Assembly: GCA_018221105.1 (NCBI GenBank)
Contig: JAAOYA010000008.1
Location: forward strand, 128,648 to 192,647
Direction: 5' to 3'
DNA: 64,000 nucleotides
From: Candidatus Woesearchaeota archaeon
GTDB taxonomy: Archaea; Nanobdellota; Nanobdellia; Woesearchaeales; JAAOYA01
Position numbers and translations under genes: made by a program. Below are positions 1 through 8,298 of the stretch, in pieces. Each line of letters opens with the position of its first letter. Within the stretch, counting starts at the first letter, position 1. Below the pieces are notes generated by a model. That model made no database searches. It worked only from the letters and a program-made list of their open reading frames with translations, and was not told the DNA's origin.

Positions 1-270
1 TAGTTCTAAGTTAGAGTCTGATATTTGTGAAGCGTGGGCTAAATCATAGCATTGCAGTATTGTATAAAAGTTTTCTTCATCAATTATGAGTAATTCTCCA
101 ATTTCTATAGGACTGTCTTTTTTTTGTCTTGCAATTATTTTACCGGCTTGCCCGCCTATAACTTGTCCTCTCATAAACAATGTTGTATTATTTTTTTATT
201 TAAGAATTATTGTTGTCAAAACTAACAAAAAAAAAATAGAAAAAAAAAGAAAAAACTATTGTTTTAAGCT

Positions 271-504
271 TTATTTTCTTCCGCGTGCCATTTGTGCACG
301 TGAAATATCGCCTTCTTTATCTACAAAATATAAGTACCCGCCTTCTTTTTTAACTCCGGCTTTTGCAACTTTTTCTACCTGTGTTGCTCCTTTTTTGCGA
401 CCGCCACGAGCCATTACTGCACGTGAAACATCACCTTGCTTATCGACAAAGTACAAATATCCACCCTCTTTTTTAACTCCTACTTTTGCTACTTTTTCAG
501 CCAT
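271..504 (-). CDS. Small basic protein (77 aa) made of two tandem ~38-aa repeats; putative nucleic-acid-binding protein
   Basis: EKVAKxGVKKEGGYLYFVDKxGDxSRAxMARG occurs twice; start moved to ATG 504 behind a GGGAGG RBS. Confidence 0.8.
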   Translation of the reverse strand: MAEKVAKVGVKKEGGYLYFVDKQGDVSRAVMARGGRKKGATQVEKVAKAGVKKEGGYLYFVDKEGDISRAQMARGRK

Positions 505-614
505 GTGTATAACCTCCCTTGTTATTTGGTTAGCATGCAAAAACTCTTATACTCGAGAGTTTTTGATGAATTATATAGTATTTTGACACTGCCACTATAA
601 AAGCTTTTCTCTTA

Positions 615-1331
615 TTATCGTCTAAAAACGCCTTTTTTTAGCTCTATTTGCACTATTTTATCAATGTCTTTTTTTCTTACTGCGCAACCATTTAACTTAA
701 TACCCCACAGTACTGATTCAAGCAATGCTTTTTTTGGCCTGTCAATGATTGACGTGTGCGGTAAGTACTTGTCTAAAAATCCGTGCTCGTAAGCCATTGT
801 TGCAAGCTCTACTGAGCGCAAAATTCCAATGTTTTTTATCAATTGTCGCATTTCTTTTAATTGAACATTGTCAACAAGTATTTTAGTGTGAAGTTTTCTT
901 TGAAGATGCTCGTGCAATTGTGCTGGGTCTTCGACTAGTTTTCTGGTTGTGCGCTCATCAACAACTAATGCTAGCGAGCCTTTCACTATTGCTGTGGCTA
1001 ATGCTTCCATTTCTCCAAAGTGCACTATTTTTATGCTTGTGCCGTGAGCTGAAAATATTGAGTTGGCAACTGTCAATAAATGAAAGGTTTTTTTTCTGAT
1101 TTGATCGTCATCAAGAACCACTAATGTTTTGTTTTTTATTTGTTCTAAAACTTGCAATGCTTCAAACTTGAATTGTTTAGTGTGAAATGGTTTGTCTACT
1201 AATTCTTTTTTTACTGATTCTGGAATGTAGAATTCTCCACCGAACAATTCTTTTAATGGTTTTAGTAGCCAAAGTAAATTATTTGTTGTCAAGCTTATTA
1301 TTGGTCCAGTATCAAAAACTATTGATTTCAT
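615..1331 (-). CDS. PIN-domain-like protein
   Basis: N-terminal IVFDTGPIISL, then HFGEMEALA and LVVDERTTR, matching the acidic PIN motif pattern. Confidence 0.7.
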   Translation of the reverse strand: MKSIVFDTGPIISLTTNNLLWLLKPLKELFGGEFYIPESVKKELVDKPFHTKQFKFEALQVLEQIKNKTLVVLDDDQIRKKTFHLLTVANSIFSAHGTSIKIVHFGEMEALATAIVKGSLALVVDERTTRKLVEDPAQLHEHLQRKLHTKILVDNVQLKEMRQLIKNIGILRSVELATMAYEHGFLDKYLPHTSIIDRPKKALLESVLWGIKLNGCAVRKKDIDKIVQIELKKGVFRR

Positions 1332-1343
1332 TTAATTTTTACC

Positions 1344-1889
1344 TTAACTTTTTCTGAATATTTTTCTTGCAAGTTTTAATCGTGCCAGCAAGCCAGTGTC
1401 TTTTTCACGCTCTATAAAACTTGTTTTTCCAACATAATTCATCAATTCCCACTGGTTAACATCAAGCACTGTTGCTGTTTGCGCCAGGCTTATTCCATGT
1501 TCGTAAATGCGACTGCCTTTTTTTATTCCTGATTGCTCTAGAACATGTTGAATATACATTGTTGTTTTACTATCGATTTTTTTTATTATGGTAAACAGGC
1601 TTTTGAGTGTTTTTAGAAATCCTCTGGAGTCTTGGTGTTCTAATTTTTTTATTGCTTGGTTTACTTCACCGTTAATGAGATGCAGGTTAATGTTCGGGTA
1701 ACGCTCTAACAGTTTTGCAAGAGCGTACACTATTACTCCAACACTGATACTGTCTTCATCTTGAAAAATACTGCTATTGTGCAATGTGTGATCTGATAAT
1801 TCTTTGATTCTCCTAAAATCCTGATGTGCAAGGGCTATTTTTAAATCTTTTAATAATTGCAATATATCTTTTCGTATTAATGATTTCAT
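1344..1889 (-). CDS. Hypothetical protein with possible C-terminal HTH
   Basis: 181-aa ORF; GISLAQTATVLDVNQWELMNY looks HTH-like; ends 12 bp before the PIN gene. Confidence 0.6.
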   Translation of the reverse strand: MKSLIRKDILQLLKDLKIALAHQDFRRIKELSDHTLHNSSIFQDEDSISVGVIVYALAKLLERYPNINLHLINGEVNQAIKKLEHQDSRGFLKTLKSLFTIIKKIDSKTTMYIQHVLEQSGIKKGSRIYEHGISLAQTATVLDVNQWELMNYVGKTSFIEREKDTGLLARLKLARKIFRKS

Positions 1890-1942
1890 AACTATATTCT
1901 AAACCATAAAGTATATAAACATTGAGGCTTGACTAACTTACA

Positions 1943-2581
1943 ATGTTAAAACGCTTAAAAAATGCTTTTAAAGGAGTTGGCGGATTATTTAATATTTTCA
2001 AACGACGTCGCCAATTAAAGCTTGGATTATACGGCCCGCCAAATGGTGGCAAGACAACACTTGCTAATCGTTTATGCGAAGAATGGCTTGGTGAAACTAT
2101 GGGATCAACTTCTAAGGTTGCTCACGAGACCCGTACTATTCAACAAAAAGAAAATGTTATAATAAAAAAGGGCAGCAAAACTATTAATTTTAATCTTGTT
2201 GACACACCAGGAATTGCAACAAAGATTGATTATGAAGATTTTGTAAAAGCCGGCATGAAAGAAAAGGAAGCTAAAAAGCGCGCTAAAGAAGCTACTAAAG
2301 GAGTTATTGACGCTATTAAATGGCTTGATGAAATGGATGTTGTCATAGTGGTCTTGGATGCTACTAAAGATCCTTACTCTCAAGTTAATATTACTATTAT
2401 TGGCAATTTGCAAGCTCGTGATATACCAGTACTTTTGGTTGGCAACAAAGTTGACTTAAAAAAGGCTAGTCTTAAAAAGATTCAATCTGCTTTTCCACAA
2501 TATGATGTTGTTGGCATTAGCGCGCTAAAAGGTAAGAACATTAATAAATTTTATGAGGCATTATTCAAGATTGCAAAATGA
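1943..2581 (+). CDS. oapA: Era-like small GTPase, OapA/ArvA family
   Basis: G1 GPPNGGKT, G3 DTPG, G4 NKVD, G5 SAL; followed by OapB- and OapC-like genes. Confidence 0.85.
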   Translation: MLKRLKNAFKGVGGLFNIFKRRRQLKLGLYGPPNGGKTTLANRLCEEWLGETMGSTSKVAHETRTIQQKENVIIKKGSKTINFNLVDTPGIATKIDYEDFVKAGMKEKEAKKRAKEATKGVIDAIKWLDEMDVVIVVLDATKDPYSQVNITIIGNLQARDIPVLLVGNKVDLKKASLKKIQSAFPQYDVVGISALKGKNINKFYEALFKIAK

Positions 2582-2982
2582 GTGCAGATAAAACATTAAC
2601 ATTACAATTTGTTCCATACACTGAAATTGAGAGTTTAAGCTCTATTGGACGTATTAAAAAATTGTTGAAGATTGCAAAGGAGAATAAAATTGTAGTGCTT
2701 CTTGGAAGACTTAAAAAAGAAGAAGAAGCAGAGCTTATCAAAACTACTATGGAAGAGATTAATGAAGAGTTTAAAGGAATTGAACTTGCAGTTATTAACC
2801 CACAACAATCAAAGCAAGACTTATGGCGTCGAGTTCGCGGACAACTGGCCGACTTTTTGGTTCGCAATAGAGGTGGCTTCACAATTATTGGTCCTGCAAC
2901 TTTAGTCAAAGAAATAAAACGTGATCCTAATAAGATTCAATTACTTATGGCTGATAAGCCACTTAGCAAAAAGAAAAAGTAA
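2578..2982 (+). CDS. oapB: OapB/ArvB (DUF2073-type) protein
   Basis: IVVLxGRLxxEEEAELIxxTM, FKGIE and GFTIIGPA motifs; 4-bp overlap with the GTPase gene. Confidence 0.8.
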   Translation: MSADKTLTLQFVPYTEIESLSSIGRIKKLLKIAKENKIVVLLGRLKKEEEAELIKTTMEEINEEFKGIELAVINPQQSKQDLWRRVRGQLADFLVRNRGGFTIIGPATLVKEIKRDPNKIQLLMADKPLSKKKK

Positions 2983-3009
2983 TTAAATACTAACGGTTTT
3001 GTTCTCAGT

Positions 3010-3405
3010 ATGCCACACCAATGTGTTCGTTGCAATAAATTTTATGAAGATGGAGCTAAAGAGATCTTAAAAGGTTGTTCTTGTGGCGCCAGACTATTTT
3101 TTTATATTAAAAAAGAAAAATTAAAACAGGCTGAAGAAGTAATAGAACAATTAAAGCCTGAAGAGAAAAAACAGATTGAAAAGGATGTTTTTGATATTGT
3201 TGAAATTAAGCGTGATGACATGAGTCCTGTGGTTTTAGATTTTGAGGCTATTAATGTTCGAAAACCAGGAAAGTTTGAGATTGATTTAGTGCACTTGTTT
3301 AAAAAAGATCCTTTAGTTTTTAAGTTTGGTGATGGAAAATATGTTATTGATTTGGCAGAAACTTTCAAAACTGCTAAGAATGCTAGTTCTAAGAGAAGAA
3401 AATAA
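3010..3405 (+). CDS. oapC: OapC/ArvC zinc-ribbon protein (DUF2072-type)
   Basis: MPHQCVRC...ILKGCSCG zinc ribbon, PGKFEIDL and GKYVIDL motifs. Confidence 0.85.
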   Translation: MPHQCVRCNKFYEDGAKEILKGCSCGARLFFYIKKEKLKQAEEVIEQLKPEEKKQIEKDVFDIVEIKRDDMSPVVLDFEAINVRKPGKFEIDLVHLFKKDPLVFKFGDGKYVIDLAETFKTAKNASSKRRK

Positions 3406-3482
3406 AATTTTGCATACATAATTCGCACACATATATTTGTTAAGCAGTATTGTCTAAGAAGAGCTATTTTTGTATATCTTAC

Positions 3483-3497
3483 CGAAACATTTATATA
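3483..3497 (+). promoter_or_regulatory. Archaeal BRE-TATA promoter for subunit gene A1
   Basis: CGAAACA-TTTATATA about 80 bp upstream of ATG 3578; near-identical element at 6772-6786. Confidence 0.55.
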
Positions 3498-3577
3498 TGA
3501 GTATACACAATCGTATATTAATTTACGTTAGGCGTCATCCTGACATAAATTATTGCGATAGACGAAGAGGTGCTATA

Positions 3578-4348
3578 ATGAAAAACCTAAAAACAATAAT
3601 AATATTGACGCTTATAACTATAAGTGCGGCTATTGTTTTTGCAGGTGAGCCAGTAGGACCATCAACAAGCACAATTTTAACAGATAAGCTTGATGAAGGA
3701 GCCTACCCATCACTAAACATATCTACAATAGCCGGTAATGTATCAGAAGTAAACATGACCACTTGGGCAATTACAAGATCCTGGGCTGGTTTTTACGGTG
3801 ACGTTTCAGGTACCATAGTGCTTGCAAACAGCCTAAACCAAACACTATATGATTGGTCAGTAGCAGATCCCTCAGGTCAAATTTATGCTGCAAGAGTTGA
3901 CAGCATTACTTGGACAGATGTACTATGCGCATCATGGGACACTCTACAAACTGAAGGTCATTGGATGGGCGTAAACTATACAGACACCAATGGTAACTTT
4001 CCAGAAGACCACATCAATAACACGTTCTTTAATGGAACAGCAAACCCTAACAGTGGAAATGTTGAAAAACACCCAACATTCTATGTCAGTTCAGTAGAAA
4101 TACTAAACGACACTTGCTATAGGACAACATTACATAATAGCTCAGAAGAGAGCGAAGCAGATGTCTTTAGAGAAGTACTACTAGCCGACAGTTCAGGAAC
4201 AGGCAATGTGATATATACTGCGTTGTTAGAGCAAAGCGAAGACGGCTTCAACGGAGCAAACTGGGATTTTGAAATGCTAGTTGCTGAAGACGGCCACGGA
4301 ACAGACACCAGCGTAACACAGTATTATTTTTGGGTAGCAATCGAGTAA
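3578..4348 (+). CDS. Secreted putative filament subunit, type A (A1)
   Basis: ATG 3578 behind GAGGTG; Sec signal peptide, EPVGP, AGNVSEVN, WAGFYGDVSG, two Cys, C-terminal YYFWVAIE; no TM anchor. Confidence 0.8.
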   Translation: MKNLKTIIILTLITISAAIVFAGEPVGPSTSTILTDKLDEGAYPSLNISTIAGNVSEVNMTTWAITRSWAGFYGDVSGTIVLANSLNQTLYDWSVADPSGQIYAARVDSITWTDVLCASWDTLQTEGHWMGVNYTDTNGNFPEDHINNTFFNGTANPNSGNVEKHPTFYVSSVEILNDTCYRTTLHNSSEESEADVFREVLLADSSGTGNVIYTALLEQSEDGFNGANWDFEMLVAEDGHGTDTSVTQYYFWVAIE

Positions 4349-4365
4349 AGCAATAATGCTTTACT
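4344..4365 (+). terminator. Hairpin (9-bp stem, 4-nt loop) between A1 and B1
   Basis: AGTAAAGCA-ATAA-TGCTTTACT. Confidence 0.45.
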
Positions 4366-4404
4366 GCAAGTCCCAATGTTTTGCTGGGGAAAAAAGAGAT
4401 GACA

Positions 4405-5136
4405 ATGAAAAAAAATAGTGCTTCCAAATCACTGCTGCTCTTTGTTAGTCTATTAGCAATAGCAAGCTTTGTATTGGCTGTGCCATCGGGACCAACCATC
4501 ACTTATATCTCTAACTCAACAAGCCCCTCTTCAGGTATTGGTTCGGAGCGTAGCAGTGATGAAGGAGGCACTATAACAATCCTTACACTAAACACCACTC
4601 AGCAAAACTATGGTTGGAAAGCGTACGTTGGAAATGTTTCAGGAAAACTAAGTTTAGATGATGTTAACAATTGGACTATTTATGACTGGTCAACATCCAT
4701 TACTACTGGAGAAGTTTATGTTAGTCGCAACCAAACAGTTGACTGGTTTAGCGTAAACTGCACTAATTATACTGAAAAACTCGCTGAAGATACATTTTTT
4801 TCAAACAATCAACAAGCAGAAGATAGTATTAACGTAACGTTTGCTTCAACAATACACAAACCTTTTATTGTTGCTGGGCGACCAATACAAAACAGCAGTT
4901 GTTATTCAACTGCAACTTATGTCAATGATACTGCGCAAATTCTTAACGAAACAACATCAATGTTTCAAGAGCTGCTATTAAGCGATGATGATGGCAATAT
5001 GGCCTACACCACTATTATGGAAATTGATCAGACAGGCTACGATAATAAAACTCATGATTTTCAATTAATTGTTGCTGAAACCCAAGCAAGCCAGATACCA
5101 ACACTATATTATTTTTATGTAGAACTAGGAAGCTAA
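4405..5136 (+). CDS. Secreted putative filament subunit, type B (B1)
   Basis: Signal peptide, VPSGP, WKAYVGNVSGKL, GEVYVSRN, two Cys, YYFYVELGS; start ATG 4399 or 4405. Confidence 0.8.
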   Translation: MKKNSASKSLLLFVSLLAIASFVLAVPSGPTITYISNSTSPSSGIGSERSSDEGGTITILTLNTTQQNYGWKAYVGNVSGKLSLDDVNNWTIYDWSTSITTGEVYVSRNQTVDWFSVNCTNYTEKLAEDTFFSNNQQAEDSINVTFASTIHKPFIVAGRPIQNSSCYSTATYVNDTAQILNETTSMFQELLLSDDDGNMAYTTIMEIDQTGYDNKTHDFQLIVAETQASQIPTLYYFYVELGS

Positions 5137-5312
5137 AAGTTTTAGCTACCAGTTCTTATTTTTCTACTTAAAGCAATCCCAATTTTTAATTCTTTTTTTA
5201 AAAAACATATTTTCTTACAAATTAAGTATAAAAGAAACCATTTTTTTAGAAAGATATATAAAGAAGTTCCTACAAATTAAGTAATAACGGGTTTTTAGGC
5301 AGAGGGTTTTAA

Positions 5313-5801
5313 TTGCAACAAGAAAACATAGAAATAACAAGTGATAACGAGTTCTTACAACTACAGAGTAATCTATCAAAACTTCTAAAAAAGTACAACT
5401 TAACCCCCAATCAAGTACTAGCAATTAAACCTCTGCAAATACCCATTAGCATATTCTCAAACAATCAAAGCCCTCTAGAATCAGTTTGCTTACACCTTTT
5501 TACAGCTCACAACCTAAACTTAAAAACAATTGGCAAACTATTAAACAGAGATCAAAGAACAATCTGGTTAACTTTGCACAATGCTAAGAAAAAACTTTCA
5601 AAGCCACTAAAGCAGTCAAAATATTCAATCCCTATTTACTTACTTTCTAACAGAAAATATTCAATACTAGAGACTGTTGTAGCGTTTTTAAAAGAAAACA
5701 AAAGCCTTACCCTGACCCAAATAGGCGTTGTTCTAAACAAAAACCCCAAGACAGTTTGGACAGTATACAACCGTTATAAGCAAAAGGAGGTGAAAAAGTG
5801 A
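5313..5801 (+). CDS. Tandem-HTH DNA-binding protein
   Basis: Two repeats: IGKLLNRDQRTIWLTLHNA and IGVVLNKNPKTVWTVYNR; overlaps the B2 start by 4 bp. Confidence 0.7.
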   Translation: MQQENIEITSDNEFLQLQSNLSKLLKKYNLTPNQVLAIKPLQIPISIFSNNQSPLESVCLHLFTAHNLNLKTIGKLLNRDQRTIWLTLHNAKKKLSKPLKQSKYSIPIYLLSNRKYSILETVVAFLKENKSLTLTQIGVVLNKNPKTVWTVYNRYKQKEVKK

Positions 5802-6517
5802 AATTCAAAAACACCTCTAGCATTTTAGCAATCATAATGTTACTATTGATTGCAAGCTTAACAGCAGCCATACCAGCAGGCCCTCAAATATTATATAATA
5901 GCACAGAAACCGCTCCAGTTACGCCTGGAACATATTTGAACACTAGTGGCGGCACTTTCACAACATTACTAATTAATGGCACTACTCAAACTCCTCGCTG
6001 GAAAGCATACGCTGGTAATGTAACAGGCAAACTAACACTTGATGACTCGACTAATCAAACAATTTATGACTGGTCACTTGCAACTATAACTGGAGAAGTA
6101 TATGTTTCAAGAAACGACACAAACATTAACTGGAATGATTTAAAGTGTGCAAATCAATCAACTATCGGAGCTGAACAAAGCTATCTTAACATCAACAATA
6201 GCAATGCTGACAGTATTAACAACACATTCTTTAACAAAACCCACAAAACATTCTTTGCAGCTGGCAATTCAATAACTAATAGCACTTGTCAAGCAATAGC
6301 AACTTATGTCAACGATCAAGCCCAAGCAAGTAGTGAAGCATCGCTATTCCAAGAAGTATTATTGCAAGATTCAACAGGTAACCTGATATTTACTACTTTA
6401 ATCGAGGAAGACCAGCAAGGCTTTGATACTAGCACTTATGATTTCCAAATTATTATTCCTGAAGATGAGACCAGTCAAACACCTACACCGTACTATTTCT
6501 ATGTAGAATTAACATAA
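5798..6517 (+). CDS. Secreted putative filament subunit, type B (B2)
   Basis: GTG start behind GGAGGTGA; signal peptide, IPAGP, WKAYAGNVTGKL, YYFYVELT. Confidence 0.8.
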   Translation: MKFKNTSSILAIIMLLLIASLTAAIPAGPQILYNSTETAPVTPGTYLNTSGGTFTTLLINGTTQTPRWKAYAGNVTGKLTLDDSTNQTIYDWSLATITGEVYVSRNDTNINWNDLKCANQSTIGAEQSYLNINNSNADSINNTFFNKTHKTFFAAGNSITNSTCQAIATYVNDQAQASSEASLFQEVLLQDSTGNLIFTTLIEEDQQGFDTSTYDFQIIIPEDETSQTPTPYYFYVELT

Positions 6518-6771
6518 GTTAGAAAAACAAAATATGCCAAATTCTATAGTTTGAAGGCCTAAAACCTTATAATTCATAAATTAATTAATCATTGAAATAA
6601 AAAATATAGAAAAATATATTAATGAAAGAATAAAAAATAATACAGAAAACAATTAAACTAAGTAAATAAAAAATAACAAAAATAAATGAATCACAAAAAA
6701 TAATTTAATAAAATAAATACTCTAATATAAATAATAAAATATTAAATTTTTTACAGTAATTAACAATAAAA

Positions 6772-6786
6772 CGAAATATTTATATA
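6772..6786 (+). promoter_or_regulatory. Archaeal BRE-TATA promoter for the ArsR-A2-B3 unit
   Basis: CGAAATA-TTTATATA about 50 bp upstream of ATG 6835, at the end of a very AT-rich spacer. Confidence 0.55.
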
Positions 6787-6834
6787 CTAGTTCTCTCCTA
6801 AGATATCTCAATATACAAAAAGGTATACCTGAAC

Positions 6835-7455
6835 ATGCAAGAAGAAAGTCTTTATTCAGCAACAAAATGGGACATCATACTCGAACTATCTAAAAAGCGC
6901 AGCTCGCCATTGGAGCTTTCTAAAAGCACCTCCACGTCTATCGCAAACGTAAGCCAGCAGCTGCGCTTTTTAGAACTTGCAGGAATTGTAAAAAGCCAGA
7001 GAATCTCAAACCGTGATAAAGGACAGCCAAGATTGCTTTACAGCCTTGCAGGAAATCAATCATTTCTAATAGCCACTATGCCAGGCTTTGCAGCAAAAAA
7101 ACGTTGTGAACTATCAACGCGCCAACGAATAATAATGAGTTCTTGGTTTTTGCAAGATCCGAGAATTCACAAACCGCTAGAAAAATTTGCAATAGCTATT
7201 GAAGATCAATTAAGCGATATTTTGTTTATTGGAATAAAAGAAGGTTATGAAAACGAACTAATCATTTTTAGCTCAAGCGCTACTGCTGCTGAAAAAATAC
7301 GCTCAACAAGCAGCAAAGTTAGTGACTTAAAATCTCAAAAAATCAAAGTAATTGCAAAGAAAGACAATCCAACAAATGCAGACTTTGAGAAATATCACGT
7401 TCTTCACATAGAAAATAAGATTCATCAAACACTCGGAGAGGAGGTTAAAAAATGA
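6835..7455 (+). CDS. ArsR-like winged-HTH transcriptional regulator
   Basis: KWDIILELSK...SPLELSK...SIANVSQQLRFLELAGIV; ATGA overlap with A2. Confidence 0.75.
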   Translation: MQEESLYSATKWDIILELSKKRSSPLELSKSTSTSIANVSQQLRFLELAGIVKSQRISNRDKGQPRLLYSLAGNQSFLIATMPGFAAKKRCELSTRQRIIMSSWFLQDPRIHKPLEKFAIAIEDQLSDILFIGIKEGYENELIIFSSSATAAEKIRSTSSKVSDLKSQKIKVIAKKDNPTNADFEKYHVLHIENKIHQTLGEEVKK

Positions 7456-8180
7456 AGCAGAAAGAAACAACAAAAACAACGACTATTGTAATTGCACTAT
7501 TGACAGTGATTGCACTAATGGCGATGACAGTACTGGCGGCAGATCCTGTAGGCCCTGAAGGGACCCAACAATCTACAAGCACAAGACCTGTAGAAGATTA
7601 CTACAACGCGACTGCAGAAGCCGGCAATGTCACAGAGATAAACTTTACCGCAATATCAGTAACAGCTAATTGGGCTGGTTTTTACGGTAATGTTTCAGGT
7701 ACCATAGTGCTTGCAAACAGTCTAAACGAGACATTGTATGATTGGAGTGCTGCAACACCAAGCGGTCAAATCTACGCGTCAAGAGACAATGCAGTTACAT
7801 GGACAAGTATTGGTTGTGCAAACCTTGCCCAGCTTACCACAGAGCAAACAAATCTTAACATGCCTGCAGGAGGTTCGGACAATATAACCAACACTTTTTC
7901 GAACGTGACAGACAACCACCCACAGTTCACTGCAGCAGGAGCAACAATTCCAGCAGGAGGTTGCTATGAAACAAACCTGCACAACAGCACTGAAGAAAAA
8001 CAAGCAAGTCTTTTCAACGAAGTACTATTGTATGAAGGATCAGACATAGTATACACTTCGCTTCTCGAAGACAGCGCAGCGGGTTTTGATACTCGAACGT
8101 ATGATTTTGAGATGATGGTTGGAGAAGACGGTAGAGCAGCAGCTGTAACTAACTATTATTTTTACGTCGAAATCCAATAA
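7452..8180 (+). CDS. Secreted putative filament subunit, type A (A2)
   Basis: GAGGAGG RBS; signal peptide, DPVGP, AGNVTEIN, WAGFYGNVSG, two Cys, YYFYVEIQ. Confidence 0.8.
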   Translation: MKQKETTKTTTIVIALLTVIALMAMTVLAADPVGPEGTQQSTSTRPVEDYYNATAEAGNVTEINFTAISVTANWAGFYGNVSGTIVLANSLNETLYDWSAATPSGQIYASRDNAVTWTSIGCANLAQLTTEQTNLNMPAGGSDNITNTFSNVTDNHPQFTAAGATIPAGGCYETNLHNSTEEKQASLFNEVLLYEGSDIVYTSLLEDSAAGFDTRTYDFEMMVGEDGRAAAVTNYYFYVEIQ

Positions 8181-8209
8181 GCCGGGACTTTTTTAATTTT
8201 TTTTCCGGT

Positions 8210-8231
8210 TTATCTTACCGGCGTAAGATAA
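8210..8231 (+). terminator. Hairpin (9-bp stem, 4-nt loop) between A2 and B3, preceded by T-tracts
   Basis: TTATCTTAC-CGGC-GTAAGATAA. Confidence 0.45.
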
Positions 8232-8298
8232 TAGTGAAACAGTGAATTGTAAGCAATAGTACACATTTGAGGAAAACACGAAAGAATAGTGATAAAAA

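Noticed and set aside
271..504. Naming it a histone, Alba, Cren7 or CC1
   Set aside because: The sequence does not match the motifs I know for those families.
86..586. 166-aa plus-strand ORF
   Set aside because: Antisense shadow of the repeat protein at 271-504, which has the RBS.
3470..3577. N-terminal extension of the A1 ORF given in the track
   Set aside because: It spans the TATA box; ATG 3578 has a GAGGTG RBS and begins a proper signal peptide.
6518..6834. Replication origin in the AT-rich spacer, suggested by the nearby oap genes
   Set aside because: No ORB-like repeats or G-strings recognised and no cdc6/orc gene; better explained as a promoter region.
3782..7727. Diversity-generating retroelement TR/VR pair
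   Set aside because: Mismatches are not adenine-specific, both copies lie mid-gene in paralogues, and no reverse transcriptase is present.
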